Assembly: GCA_021814825.1 (NCBI GenBank)
Contig: JAKAHS010000001.1
Coordinates: 16,697 to 51,113 of the forward strand
DNA: 34,417 nt
Reading direction: 5' to 3'
From: a bacterium
GTDB taxonomy: Bacteria; Patescibacteriota; Minisyncoccia; Phycocordibacterales; SBAW01
Shown here: positions 1 through 8,935 of the stretch, one piece after another
Numbering within the stretch: position 1 is the stretch's first letter
Layout of the letters: each line of letters starts with the position of its first letter
Notes under the pieces: generated by a model
Seen by the model: only the letters and a program-made list of their open reading frames with translations
What the model was told of the DNA's origin: nothing
Databases searched by the model: none
Program-made: the position numbers and the translations under genes

Positions 1-27
1 TTACTAATGTATCGGGCTTGAGCACTC
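1..27 (+). rRNA. rrl: 23S rRNA, extreme 3' end (partial; the gene runs off the left edge)
   Basis: TTACTAATGTATCGGGCTTGAGC resembles the conserved terminal 23S segment (E. coli ...GGTACTAATGAACCGTGAGGCTTAACCTT-3'; Bacillus ...ATACTAATCGGTCGAGGACTTAACC). Only about 25 nt are visible, so this is tentative. Confidence 0.4.
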
Positions 28-392
28 TGATGTGCATTGCGCCGACTGCAATCTACCTATCCGCACATGAGCGAGCGAGAGACGGTCGTAGTGGAGCGTT
101 AAGCTCCGCACGAGCGCCCGATGCTCATCCATATGCGAACGCTTGGTAGGTAAGGGAGAGAAGACTGAGTTTCTGTCGTAAGCAGCCATGAAGGGACGAG
201 GCCATTCAGTACGTTCACACACTCACAACTGAACACGCACGTGGGAAAGCACACTACTAAAAGTGCGCACCCTGTTTCTGCCTATTCAATTGTCAACGAG
301 CGATCCGTCGCAGCCGTGCGGTCGTTCCTGAAATGCGGTATGCAGCTTTCATAGAAAGTATACCGTTTTCAAGACACCACGGGCAAACGACC

Positions 393-700
393 TTCTGTGG
401 ACAACAAAATCGGCGCTCTGGGCGCTCGTGATCTCGTTGTTACAGAGTATACGCATCGTACGGCAAAATGGGCTCAAAAGCAAGTCTCCGCTCGGGTTTA
501 TTGCGAAAAGACCGCCGTATTTTTCTGCTGAAAAATCGGCTCACTCTCGCGCCGTCGCGCTCCGAGAGTCTTTCCGCAAAAACCCTCGCTCCGTACGGAA
601 TAAACCAAAAACCAACACAACTATGCCGAAGCCGAGCTTCTGCTGAAAAATCGGCTCTGCTCGCCCCGTCGGGCTGCGCAAGGCTTCCCTCGCCAGGAAG
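393..700. repeat. Degenerate tandem repeat units (period about 115-126 nt) in non-coding DNA
   Basis: The exact 20-mer TTCTGCTGAAAAATCGGCTC occurs at 523-542 and 638-657. A degenerate copy, TTCTGTGGACAACAAAATCGGC, lies at 393-414. Each copy is followed by a short GC hairpin: GCGC-TCTGG-GCGC at 413-425, GCGC-CGTC-GCGC at 549-560 and GCCC-CGTC-GGGC at 663-674. The last two differ by a compensatory pair. CGTACGG-containing blocks also recur at 457-463 and 592-598. Confidence 0.5.
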
Positions 701-728
701 CTCGCTCACATCATTCGACAAAAAACCA

Positions 729-1466
729 CTAATTCGGTACGTAGACGCTCCAACGTCGTTCTCCTTCCTTACGGACAAGACCGCGGCTGATAAGGGTATT
801 GAGTTCGCGTTGGATGGTCTTTTCGCTGCAGTTCTTCACTACCTTGGATATGTCTTTTATGGAAACTCTTTTTTGTTCAAGAACTACTTTCAAAATGGCT
901 GATGTTCTTACTCGTTCGCTGCTGTCTGATAGCGCGTTGGGTTGCGAAGCGCGCTGTTCTTGAGTGTGCGATGTTGCATGTCCTTTAGTGTCCTTTATCT
1001 TCGCAGTACGCAGGTAAGCTGGCAAGGATACTGCGGGTTCCGCGGCCAGCGATGGAACCGAGAGATCTTCGAGGGACAGGAATGGAGAAGCTTGTTTCCC
1101 AAGGGAAACTTTTTCTACTACCGACTCATACTCATGCACTAGCAATTCTGCGTTGTTTTCCTCAAGAAGATGGTACGAAACGGAGAGACGGATGAGTGAG
1201 AGTGCTTCATAGAGATCAGCGAGAAGTGATTCTTCGTCGTACTCACTGGCTGCAAAACGCACGACCATGGCGGGTATCGCCGAACTCACGCGTGCCAAGC
1301 CGGAAGAGACCTGGTCTTCGTTGGATCTTGATTCATGAAGGAGATGTGCGATCGCATGTGCGATCTTTTCTGACTTAAGATAGCAAAAATACAAATCAGG
1401 TCGTCCTTTAAAAAGGCTTGATTTTAGCGACGCTTCGTGGAAGCTTTTATTGGACATATCAGACAT
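729..1466 (-). CDS. DNA-binding protein with a helical N-terminal domain and a C-terminal winged-helix (DeoR-like) HTH
   Basis: 245-aa ORF. The C-terminus, VSIKDISKVVKNCSEKTIQRELNTLISRGLVRKEGERRWSVY, is a typical wHTH. The N-terminal half is predicted helical and I could not assign a family. Confidence 0.6.
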   Translation of the reverse strand: MSDMSNKSFHEASLKSSLFKGRPDLYFCYLKSEKIAHAIAHLLHESRSNEDQVSSGLARVSSAIPAMVVRFAASEYDEESLLADLYEALSLIRLSVSYHLLEENNAELLVHEYESVVEKVSLGKQASPFLSLEDLSVPSLAAEPAVSLPAYLRTAKIKDTKGHATSHTQEQRASQPNALSDSSERVRTSAILKVVLEQKRVSIKDISKVVKNCSEKTIQRELNTLISRGLVRKEGERRWSVYVPN

Positions 1467-1675
1467 TGTCTTTTGTGTGTCCTATTGTGTCTTTTATGAC
1501 GATATCGGTCATTTGAGACATTCAAGGACGCGTTGTCTTTTATTGTAGCCCGCTGCGTGTACGGAGCAAGATTGACGATGGCCCGTATGCAGTTCGCAGT
1601 TTAGAAATAGTCAGCGATTCTTAGATCTGGCCGCAATTTTCGCACGCTTTGTTTGTCTCATGGTATTATTTCTCC

Positions 1676-3997
1676 ATGGCACAAAAGAAAAAAACGAAAC
1701 TTCCCCTTCCTTCTTTTTCATCGATACCTGATCACACGCGCCAATCGATCTGGTCGATCCTGCTCATCATTGTGGGTCTTTTCTTGGCTCTTGCCGCATT
1801 CGGTACTGCAGGACCTGCTGGCAATGATGTCTATGGTCTGCTCGCTTATTTGCTCGGCTTTGGCTACTTCATTGTTCCTCTCCTCTTTCTCATTCTCGGT
1901 GCGAGCGCACTTTCAGAGGATCGGCCGGCATTCGAGCCGCTCAAGCTGATCGCAAGCGTCATCTTCGTGGTGACTGGTCTTGGCTTCGTGGAAGCGGTGA
2001 GCGGCCATGGCGGTCTGCTCGGACATCTGATCGCTGGACCGGTCGTGCAACTCTTTGATATCTACGCTGGCAGCATCATCCTCGGAGGCCTTCTCCTCAC
2101 ATCACTTCTCATCGTACTCGAAGGACGCATCTCGCTCGAAACACTCAAGGCGGTCTTTCGCCCGCTCGCCTGGATCGGCGGGTTCATTGTAGATGGGATC
2201 AGAGGCGCGATCGAGAGCGGGAGAGAGAGGCGCGAAGCTCGCCGGGCGGCGCGCGCAGCTGAAGCCGACATGGGGCCGGATGAAGAGGTCGTCGAGCATG
2301 AAGAAGAAGTTCCTGCCGCGGCACTCGCTTCATCCGAAGACACTGGGAGCGAGATTGAGAAGGAACCGGTCATCCGCGATAGCTCGAAGCACGCGGAGGA
2401 CAGCGCACCGACAGCAAGCTCGAGCAAGGGACGCTCGACCGCCGACATTCTCAGATCACTGCTCGGCGAATATAACAATCCCCCGCTCTCACTGCTTGAA
2501 CGCGATCGCGGCAAAGCGAGCGTCGGCGACATCAAAGCCAACGCGAACATCATCAAGCGTACGCTTCAGAACTTCGGCATCATCGTCGAGCTCGATGAGA
2601 TATCGGTCGGTCCGTCCGTGACCCGTTACGCCATAAAACCAGCCGAAGGGGTGCGGCTCTCGAAGATCGTCGCGCTCCAGCAAAATCTTGAACTCGCTCT
2701 CGCCGCTCATCCGGTCCGCATCGAAGCACCGATCCCTGGCAAATCGCTCGTTGGCATCGAAGTGCCGAACTCGGCGAAGGTCACCGTCGGCCTCGGCACG
2801 ATGCTCGCTGCTCCTGAGTTCGCGAGTTCCGACAAGCCGCTCCTCGTAGCGCTCGGCCGCGACATCACCGGCGGTTCGCATTTCGCCAATCTCGCGAAGA
2901 TGCCGCACCTCCTCATCGCCGGTACCACCGGCTCCGGCAAGTCGGTCGCCATCCACACCCTCATCACCTCACTGCTCTATCGCAACGGTCCGCAGACGCT
3001 CCGCTTCATCATGATCGACCCGAAGCGCGTGGAGCTCACGCTCTACAAGCCGCTCCCTCACCTGCTCTCGCCGGTCATCACCGATCCGAAACGTGCGATC
3101 GCGGCGCTGCGCTGGGCAGGAAAAGAAATGCAGCGGCGCTACGACATTCTTGAGAGCGAGCGCGTGCGCGATATCGGCTCGTATCATTCAAATGTGCTGA
3201 AACCGGCGCTTGAGCGCATCGCGAAGAAAGGGCTTGCAGAGGGCGAAGAAGCGCCTGACGCACTCCCCTACATCGTGATCGTGATCGATGAGCTCGCCGA
3301 CATCATGCAGACATTCCCGCGAGAACTTGAAGCGGCGATCGTCCGCCTTGCGCAAATGAGCCGCGCGGTCGGCATCCATCTTGTGCTTTCGACGCAGCGC
3401 CCGTCGGTGAATGTCATCACCGGTCTCATCAAAGCGAACGTGCCGTCGCGCGTCGCACTTCAGGTGGCGTCGCAGATCGACTCGCGCACCATCATCGATC
3501 AGGCGGGCGCCGAAAAACTCCTCGGCGCCGGCGACATGCTCTATCTTTCGAGCGACATGGGCAAGCCGGTGCGTTTGCAGAGCGCCTACATCGGCGAGGA
3601 CGAGGTCAAACATGTCGCAGATTACATCTCGAAGCACAATGAGGTGCAGTTGCCGATCGACCTCGGCATGCCGACCGCGCTCAGCGCTGAAGGCGGGTCA
3701 GGAGGTTCTGGCGAGAGCTTCAGCGGCGATATGGGCGGTGGTTTCGACGAAGATGTCGATGATGACATGTATGAAGCGGCAAAAGAAGCGGTCATCGAGG
3801 CCGGCAAGGCGTCGACGTCGTACATCCAACGCAAACTCCGCATCGGCTATTCGCGCGCAGCGCGCATCATGGACATTCTCGAACAACGCGGCGTGATCGG
3901 TCCGCAGGATGGTGCGAAGCCGCGCGAGATCCTTCTCGGCAAGACGACCGGAGCAGACGCCGGGTCAGAAGGAGCTGGCGAAGAAGACCCTGAATAG
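1676..3997 (+). CDS. ftsK: DNA translocase FtsK/SpoIIIE
   Basis: Several N-terminal hydrophobic helices, an acidic/Ser-rich linker, Walker A GTTGSGKS, Walker B VIVIDELAD, and a C-terminal gamma wHTH (YIQRKLRIGYSRAARIMDILEQRGVIGP). ATG 1676 (MAQKKK) is preferred over the ORF-track TTG at 1649. Confidence 0.9.
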   Translation: MAQKKKTKLPLPSFSSIPDHTRQSIWSILLIIVGLFLALAAFGTAGPAGNDVYGLLAYLLGFGYFIVPLLFLILGASALSEDRPAFEPLKLIASVIFVVTGLGFVEAVSGHGGLLGHLIAGPVVQLFDIYAGSIILGGLLLTSLLIVLEGRISLETLKAVFRPLAWIGGFIVDGIRGAIESGRERREARRAARAAEADMGPDEEVVEHEEEVPAAALASSEDTGSEIEKEPVIRDSSKHAEDSAPTASSSKGRSTADILRSLLGEYNNPPLSLLERDRGKASVGDIKANANIIKRTLQNFGIIVELDEISVGPSVTRYAIKPAEGVRLSKIVALQQNLELALAAHPVRIEAPIPGKSLVGIEVPNSAKVTVGLGTMLAAPEFASSDKPLLVALGRDITGGSHFANLAKMPHLLIAGTTGSGKSVAIHTLITSLLYRNGPQTLRFIMIDPKRVELTLYKPLPHLLSPVITDPKRAIAALRWAGKEMQRRYDILESERVRDIGSYHSNVLKPALERIAKKGLAEGEEAPDALPYIVIVIDELADIMQTFPRELEAAIVRLAQMSRAVGIHLVLSTQRPSVNVITGLIKANVPSRVALQVASQIDSRTIIDQAGAEKLLGAGDMLYLSSDMGKPVRLQSAYIGEDEVKHVADYISKHNEVQLPIDLGMPTALSAEGGSGGSGESFSGDMGGGFDEDVDDDMYEAAKEAVIEAGKASTSYIQRKLRIGYSRAARIMDILEQRGVIGPQDGAKPREILLGKTTGADAGSEGAGEEDPE

Positions 3998-4019
3998 GTA
4001 GCGTGCGCATTGATAAAGC

Positions 4020-4388
4020 ATGACGACGCGCCTTAACATCATTCTCGCCCGAAGCGCCGTCGCCTTGGCGGTCGTCATCATCGTTTGCTATGGACTCTTT
4101 GAAGCACGCCGACTGGTAGGCGGTCCAGAGATTGTTTTGACGCAACCGCAAGACGGCAGCACGGTATCAGGACCGGTCGTACATATACAAGGCACGGTGC
4201 AGAACGCGGCATTCATCACGATTGACAGCGAACGCGCCTATGCTGATGAGCAAGGCAATTTCAGCAAGACCATTTCGCCGCCCGCCGGATTTGCAGCACT
4301 CACGGTCTCCGCAACCGACCGCTTCGGCCGTACGCAAACGCGCACCGTCCGCATCATCGTCGTGGATTACTGCCCCGCCCGTGCTTAA
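4020..4388 (+). CDS. Small membrane-anchored protein with an Ig-like beta-sandwich ectodomain (hypothetical)
   Basis: 122-aa ORF. N-terminal TM helix ([15 protein letters not shown]), then ...[18 protein letters not shown]...[20 protein letters not shown], a typical bacterial Ig-like pattern. Confidence 0.5.
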   Translation: MTTRLNIILARSAVALAVVIIVCYGLFEARRLVGGPEIVLTQPQDGSTVSGPVVHIQGTVQNAAFITIDSERAYADEQGNFSKTISPPAGFAALTVSATDRFGRTQTRTVRIIVVDYCPARA

Positions 4389-4494
4389 GGTCGAGTCTGA
4401 TAAAGGCCTTCCTTGCGCACACGACTTGGCGATTTCGTATATAATGACAAAACACGAGGAATCCATTCCCTTTTATTCGCTTATATCTATACCC

Positions 4495-5586
4495 ATGGCA
4501 GTAGCAAAAAAGAAACCGGCAGCAAGCACTAAAACAGATCCATCCAAAGGAGGCAGCGCGATCGAGGCCGCTATCCGCGAGATCCAAACGAAGTTCGGTG
4601 ATGAAGCGATCATGAAGCTCGGCGATGCGCCGAAGGTCGGCATCGACGCGATCCCCTCAGGCTCGGTCGGCCTCGATTGGGCGCTCGGCATCGGCGGCTA
4701 TCCGCGCGGACGCATCATCGAGGTCTTCGGACCGGAATCATCCGGTAAGACAACCCTCACCCTCCATGCGATCGCCGAGGCGCAACATCGCGGCGGCATA
4801 TGTGCTTTCATTGACGCAGAGCACGCGCTCGATCCGGAATACGCGAAACGTATTGGCGTGAATATCAATGAATTGCTGGTGTCGCAGCCGGACACCGGCG
4901 AGCAGGCGCTCGAGATCGTTGAGTCGCTCGTCCGATCAGGCAAGATCGACATGATCGTTATCGACTCAGTTGCCGCGCTCACGCCGAAAGATGAAATTGA
5001 GGGCGACATGGGTCAAGCCCATGTCGGCAAGCAGGCACGACTCATGTCTCAAGCACTGCGCAAACTCACGGCGATCACCGCAAAATCGAAGACTGTCGTC
5101 ATCTTCATCAACCAGATCCGCATGCAGATCGGCGTCATGTTCGGCAATCCGGAGACGACGCCGGGCGGCAAAGCACTGAAGTTCTACACCTCGGTGCGCC
5201 TCGATATCCGCCGTATCGCGCAGATCAAGAAGGGTGAGGAGGTGGTCGGCGGCCGATGCCGCGTGAAGGTGGTGAAGAATAAGGTCGCTCCCCCATTTCG
5301 CACCGTTGAATTCGATCTCATGTACAACGAAGGCATCTCGCGCGAAGGCGAAATGCTCGCGCTCGGCGAGAAGCTCGGCTGCGTGCAGAAGAGCGGCGCC
5401 AGCTACGCCTTCGGCGAGGAGAAGCTCGGCCGCGGCTACGATGCCTCGCGTACGTATCTGCGTGATAATAAAAAGACTGCAAAAAGCCTGCTTACCGAGA
5501 TCCGCAAGCGGCTTGCCGCAGCAGCATCAGGCGAAACCGTCCCGAAGAGCTCCGACGAGAACGACGGCGAAGAACCGGAGGAATAG
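4495..5586 (+). CDS. recA: Recombinase RecA
   Basis: [19 protein letters not shown], Walker [42 protein letters not shown]. The start is set at ATG 4495 (MAVAKKK); the longer ORF from 4222 overlaps the previous gene and has no RecA-like N-terminus. Confidence 0.95.
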   Translation: MAVAKKKPAASTKTDPSKGGSAIEAAIREIQTKFGDEAIMKLGDAPKVGIDAIPSGSVGLDWALGIGGYPRGRIIEVFGPESSGKTTLTLHAIAEAQHRGGICAFIDAEHALDPEYAKRIGVNINELLVSQPDTGEQALEIVESLVRSGKIDMIVIDSVAALTPKDEIEGDMGQAHVGKQARLMSQALRKLTAITAKSKTVVIFINQIRMQIGVMFGNPETTPGGKALKFYTSVRLDIRRIAQIKKGEEVVGGRCRVKVVKNKVAPPFRTVEFDLMYNEGISREGEMLALGEKLGCVQKSGASYAFGEEKLGRGYDASRTYLRDNKKTAKSLLTEIRKRLAAAASGETVPKSSDENDGEEPEE

Positions 5587-5608
5587 CAGGACATAAAATA
5601 ACCATACT

Positions 5609-5639
5609 AAAAGGGCGCCGGCGAAGCCGGCGCCCTTTT
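5609..5639. terminator. Bidirectional intrinsic terminator (recA on +, 111-aa gene on -)
   Basis: AAAA-GGGCGCCGGC-GAA-GCCGGCGCCC-TTTT: a perfect 10-bp GC stem flanked by an A-run and a T-run. Confidence 0.85.
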
Positions 5640-5664
5640 AAATTCCTCAATTCCTCCATTCCTA
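5640..5664 (-). repeat. Three tandem 8-nt units (AGGAAUnn on the minus strand) between stop codon and terminator
   Basis: ATTCCT occurs at 5642-5647, 5650-5655 and 5658-5663, an exact 8-nt period. The array lies 7 nt downstream of the stop codon of the 5671..6006 gene and abuts the terminator hairpin. Confidence 0.7.
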
Positions 5665-5670
5665 GTATCT

Positions 5671-6006
5671 TTATCCAAGCACCGGTACGGCGCGGTGCTG
5701 AGCAGAAAGTGCATGCATCGTGTCGCGTGCGAGAAGCACCAGCGACATGCCGCCGAGCACGACCGCGATCTGCACCAGCAGCTTGGTCTTTATGAGCGCC
5801 AAGAAAAGGAACATTACGATACTTGAGGCGCCGCCCTGCGCCACGGTCATGAAATTCGCCACCACATGCGGCACCGACACCAGCGCCATCGTGCCGGCGA
5901 CCGAGGCGATGAAGGCATAGACCTTGAGCGCGATCCCGCTTACGAGCATCCGCACCGCGTAGATGACGCGCACTCCGGCCATGATGTTCTGTTCAAGTAT
6001 AGTCAT
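5671..6006 (-). CDS. Small polytopic membrane protein, possibly the partner or anti-sigma of the upstream ECF sigma factor
   Basis: 111-aa ORF, about 3 hydrophobic helices, 17 nt downstream of the sigma-factor gene on the same strand. I recognise no catalytic motif. Confidence 0.5.
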   Translation of the reverse strand: MTILEQNIMAGVRVIYAVRMLVSGIALKVYAFIASVAGTMALVSVPHVVANFMTVAQGGASSIVMFLFLALIKTKLLVQIAVVLGGMSLVLLARDTMHALSAQHRAVPVLG

Positions 6007-6023
6007 AAATATTATGTCGGTGG

Positions 6024-6713
6024 TTAGATCTTGCCTTCTAATGTCTTATAAACTTCGCGGAACTCTTTTTTGGCGCGGTGCACCCTCGTCTTTATTGAAC
6101 CAACGGAAACGCCTTCACGTTTCGCGATCTCGTCTTGCGAAAGTCCGTCAATGAAGAACGCAGAGAGAACGCGGGCGAAGATCGGCGACATGCGCGAAAG
6201 GACGCTGGCGACCAGGTCGGTCATTTCCCCTTTCTCGAACTGCCGCAGATCGCGATCCGGCACCAGCGCCCAGATCTCTTCATCGAGTTGTACTGCCATG
6301 CCGTTCTTTCGCTTCTGTTTCGCGTAGTGCGTGAGCGATGTGTTGATGAGGATCCGCCACGCCCACGACGAGAACTGCGCGCCATCCTGTTTTTTGAACT
6401 TAGCAGCATTGAGATATATCTTGGTGAACGTCTCTTGCACGATGTCTTCCGCCTCTTCGCGACTGTACACGATCGATTCCGCCTTGCGCAAAAAAGGCGC
6501 CTCGTACTTGCGCACGAGCAACGCGAAGAGCGACGGACGCTTCAGCGAAAGCGCCAGCACCTCCTCATCCGGACGCTCCTCTACTCCTTCAGATCCTGCG
6601 AATTCCTCCATGGCGATACTGTATATCATATCGGCTTCACTTGCTACAACTGCCATTTTGCCGCAGAGGTTACCGTGCGTATATTCTTGCTTAAAGCCGT
6701 TTTTCAAGTACAA
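6024..6713 (-). CDS. RNA polymerase sigma factor, sigma-70/ECF family
   Basis: Region 2 (EAEDIVQETFTKIYLNAAKF...FSSWAWRILINTSLTHY) and region 4 HTH (LSQDEIAKREGVSVGSIKTRVHRAKKEF). The true start is probably an internal Met (for example MAVVAS at 6656), so the 5' end is uncertain. Confidence 0.8.
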   Translation of the reverse strand: MYLKNGFKQEYTHGNLCGKMAVVASEADMIYSIAMEEFAGSEGVEERPDEEVLALSLKRPSLFALLVRKYEAPFLRKAESIVYSREEAEDIVQETFTKIYLNAAKFKKQDGAQFSSWAWRILINTSLTHYAKQKRKNGMAVQLDEEIWALVPDRDLRQFEKGEMTDLVASVLSRMSPIFARVLSAFFIDGLSQDEIAKREGVSVGSIKTRVHRAKKEFREVYKTLEGKI

Positions 6714-6751
6714 TGCGTGAATACCAGTGCAATTAAATACATTTTCAAGGT

Positions 6752-7318
6752 ATGGCGGTATTAGATTACAACGAAATAACCCCGAAGAAGATCATCCTTC
6801 TTGAAGGCACTCCCTATGAAGTGCTTGAGTCGCACTGCTTCCGCAAGCAAAAGCGCAAGCCGGTCAACCAGACGAAGCTGCGCAACATTCTCACTGGGCG
6901 CGTGACCGAGCAGTCGTTCCACGCCGCAGAAAAAGCAGAAGAAGCGGAACTATCCACCCGCCAGATCAAATTCCTCTATGAGAACAAGGGTGCGTACTGG
7001 TTCTGCTCGCCGAAGGATCCGAGCGATCGTTTTGAACTCTCAGCCGACATTGTCGGTTCTGCCGGCCGCTTCCTCAAAGCCAACACCGAGATCGACGCGC
7101 TCGTGTTCGATGACGGCATCATTTCCGTGCGCATTCCGGTCAAGATGGATCTCAAGGTCAAAGAAGCGCCGCCAGCTGTCCGTGGCAACACGTCGCAAGG
7201 AGCACTGAAACAGGTCGTGCTTGAGACCGGCGCGACGGTCAATGTCCCGCTCTTCATCAACGAAGGCGACACGATCCGCGTGAACACCGAGACCGGCGAT
7301 TACGTCGAGCGTGCGTAA
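6752..7318 (+). CDS. efp: Translation elongation factor P
   Basis: 188 aa, EF-P length and layout: ...LLEGTPYEVLES..., KLRNILTGR, GNTSQGALKQVVLETGATVNVPLFINEGDTIRVNTETGDYVERA. Confidence 0.9.
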   Translation: MAVLDYNEITPKKIILLEGTPYEVLESHCFRKQKRKPVNQTKLRNILTGRVTEQSFHAAEKAEEAELSTRQIKFLYENKGAYWFCSPKDPSDRFELSADIVGSAGRFLKANTEIDALVFDDGIISVRIPVKMDLKVKEAPPAVRGNTSQGALKQVVLETGATVNVPLFINEGDTIRVNTETGDYVERA

Positions 7319-7344
7319 GGCAGCTAGCGGGTGATAGTTTGTAG

Positions 7345-7378
7345 AAAACCTCTTGAAGCACGGCTTCGAGAGGTTTTT
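7345..7378. terminator. Intrinsic terminator after efp (also faces the 490-aa minus-strand gene)
   Basis: AAAA-CCTCTTGAAG-CACGG-CTTCGAGAGG-TTTTT: a 10-bp stem with one G-U pair, nested in an outer GTAGAAAA/TTTTCTAC repeat. Confidence 0.8.
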
Positions 7379-7404
7379 GTTTTTCTACGGCCTGACGACT
7401 TCTC

Positions 7405-8877
7405 CTAGATCTCCATCGTCTGCGGCACCAGCCCCACATTGAACGAGCTGCTATAGATGGTGCCATCAAGCCCCGTGCATGAGAAGGTGAACGTGCTGGC
7501 GACAGTGATCGGCGGGGTGGTAACGGTGCCGCTGCTGTTGGTGGTATTGGTGATAGCTTGATCTAAACCGCCGGTACCCGTCAGGTGGCACGTGTTGGGC
7601 TGCATGTTGACGACACTCCAGTTTGCAGTAATGGTCGAACCGGACTGTACTAAAGGCGGTCCCACGGGGGCGACGGTAATGGACGGCTGTCCGCTGACCG
7701 TAACGGTCTTCGAGTCGGAAGCGGAGCCGCCCGGACCTGAGCAGGTCACCGTGAAAGTAGTGCTGCCCAACGTATCAAGTGTAACGCTGGTAGTGCCCGT
7801 GACGGCTCCGCCAGTGCTAAAACCTGTTCCCGTGCATGACGTGGCGTTAGTTGAGAACCATGATAGAGACGTGGTCTTTCCCACTCCGTAGAGAATGGAG
7901 GGGTCCGCGGTGATGGTCACAGTGGGAGCGGCGCTCGTTACTGAACAGCTCTGGAACACATACGAGCCACTCAGCGTGCCATTAGTGCACGTGCGGGTCT
8001 GGGAGACACAGGTCGAGGGAGACGTTACCGAGGATGATTGGTACGCGGTGACTGAGGAGCCGTCATTGATGGTGCCGCCCCACGGGAGACTACAAGGTGC
8101 GGCGGTGACATTAACCGTCACCGATTGGAGCGGAGACGTGCCGCCTGGACCGGTACACTGGAAGGTGAAGGTGGTGTTCGAATAGAGCGGGTTAGTCAAG
8201 CCGCTACCTGAGAGCGTGCCAGAATTGCTCCAGGGGCCACCGGCAGTACAAGAAGTCGCACCAGTTGAAGACCAGGTGAGTGTTGGACGACCGCCTGAAG
8301 TAACGGGGTTGGGAGAAGCGGAGAGGGAGGCCGTGGGCGCAGCGACAGAAAACGCCCCGGTCACACCAGAGAAATCGATCCAGCCTAAATCACTTGACCA
8401 GGCATAGCCAGAGAGATTCGACCCGGAGATCGTGATACCGTATCCTGAACCGGAGAGGCTTACCCATCCGTCGAATCCGCCGCCATTAGCCGCTAGGAAT
8501 CTCGCCCAGCCGTTTATGGCGCTGCCGTTCCTGTAGGCCGCACAAGTGCCCGATGGGCACCCACCGAGATCGGAAGAATTAAAAGAAAGCCAGCCATAAT
8601 TCTCGCTCCACGCGTAGCCGGAGAGGTTGCCATTCGTTGTAGGGACGGTCACGCCATAGGTCGTGGCCGAGCCATCACTTGAGCTATTGAAGCTGATCCA
8701 GCCGATGCCCGGGTACGCTCCGTCTGATGATGAAGTGCCGCCCCAAGCATAACCCGACGCATTCCCACCAGACGCCGCGTGTGCAATGGAGTGACTGAAC
8801 GCCATCGAAAATGATAGAACAGCGACGAATCCGATCGCTAAGCCGAGGAAGGTCTGCACGCCGGTGAAAGATTTCAT
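7405..8877 (-). CDS. Secreted repeat protein: signal peptide, GYAW..GW(I/L)xF repeats, Cys-rich module and three Ig-like domains
   Basis: 490 aa. Signal peptide ending ...SIAHA-ASGG. Repeats SGYAWGG...GIGWISFNS, LSGYAWSENYGWLSFNS and LSGYAWSSDLGWIDFSG. Ig-like units have the pattern TLTWSSTGATSC...TFTFQCTGPGG, SLSWFSTNATSC...TFTVTCSGPGG and ...TFTFSCTGLDG. Confidence 0.75.
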   Translation of the reverse strand: MKSFTGVQTFLGLAIGFVAVLSFSMAFSHSIAHAASGGNASGYAWGGTSSSDGAYPGIGWISFNSSSDGSATTYGVTVPTTNGNLSGYAWSENYGWLSFNSSDLGGCPSGTCAAYRNGSAINGWARFLAANGGGFDGWVSLSGSGYGITISGSNLSGYAWSSDLGWIDFSGVTGAFSVAAPTASLSASPNPVTSGGRPTLTWSSTGATSCTAGGPWSNSGTLSGSGLTNPLYSNTTFTFQCTGPGGTSPLQSVTVNVTAAPCSLPWGGTINDGSSVTAYQSSSVTSPSTCVSQTRTCTNGTLSGSYVFQSCSVTSAAPTVTITADPSILYGVGKTTSLSWFSTNATSCTGTGFSTGGAVTGTTSVTLDTLGSTTFTVTCSGPGGSASDSKTVTVSGQPSITVAPVGPPLVQSGSTITANWSVVNMQPNTCHLTGTGGLDQAITNTTNSSGTVTTPPITVASTFTFSCTGLDGTIYSSSFNVGLVPQTMEI

Positions 8878-8935
8878 ATCTTGTTGTTCTTTTATGGTCT
8901 CGAGCGTGCAAAACCGGTGAGACTTGGAGAGGGGG

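Noticed and set aside
28-260. A 5S rRNA is expected just downstream of the putative 23S end. Several 5S-like fragments are present: GACGGTCGTAGTGGAGCG, GTTAAGCTCCGCACGAGCGCCCGATG, CCATATGCGAACGC and GGGAGAGAAGAC.
   Set aside because: The fragments are in an order and spacing that do not fit one ~117-nt 5S model. There is no CCGAAC loop-C motif. The best helix I pairing I could find (GACGG/CTGTC) is only 5 bp. GGAGC-GTTAA-GCTCC is simply a local hairpin. This needs Infernal/Rfam (5S_rRNA) to decide.
523-657. A CRISPR-like array, given the identical 20-mers.
   Set aside because: There are only two exact copies. The repeat is too short (20 nt), the spacing of ~95 nt is far longer than CRISPR spacers, the 'spacers' are themselves partly similar, and there are no cas genes.
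4222-4494. Extended 454-aa recA ORF overlapping the 4020..4388 gene.
   Set aside because: The extra 91 aa are Pro/Ser/Arg-rich and lie in the shadow of the upstream gene. The RecA homology starts at MAVAKKK (4495).
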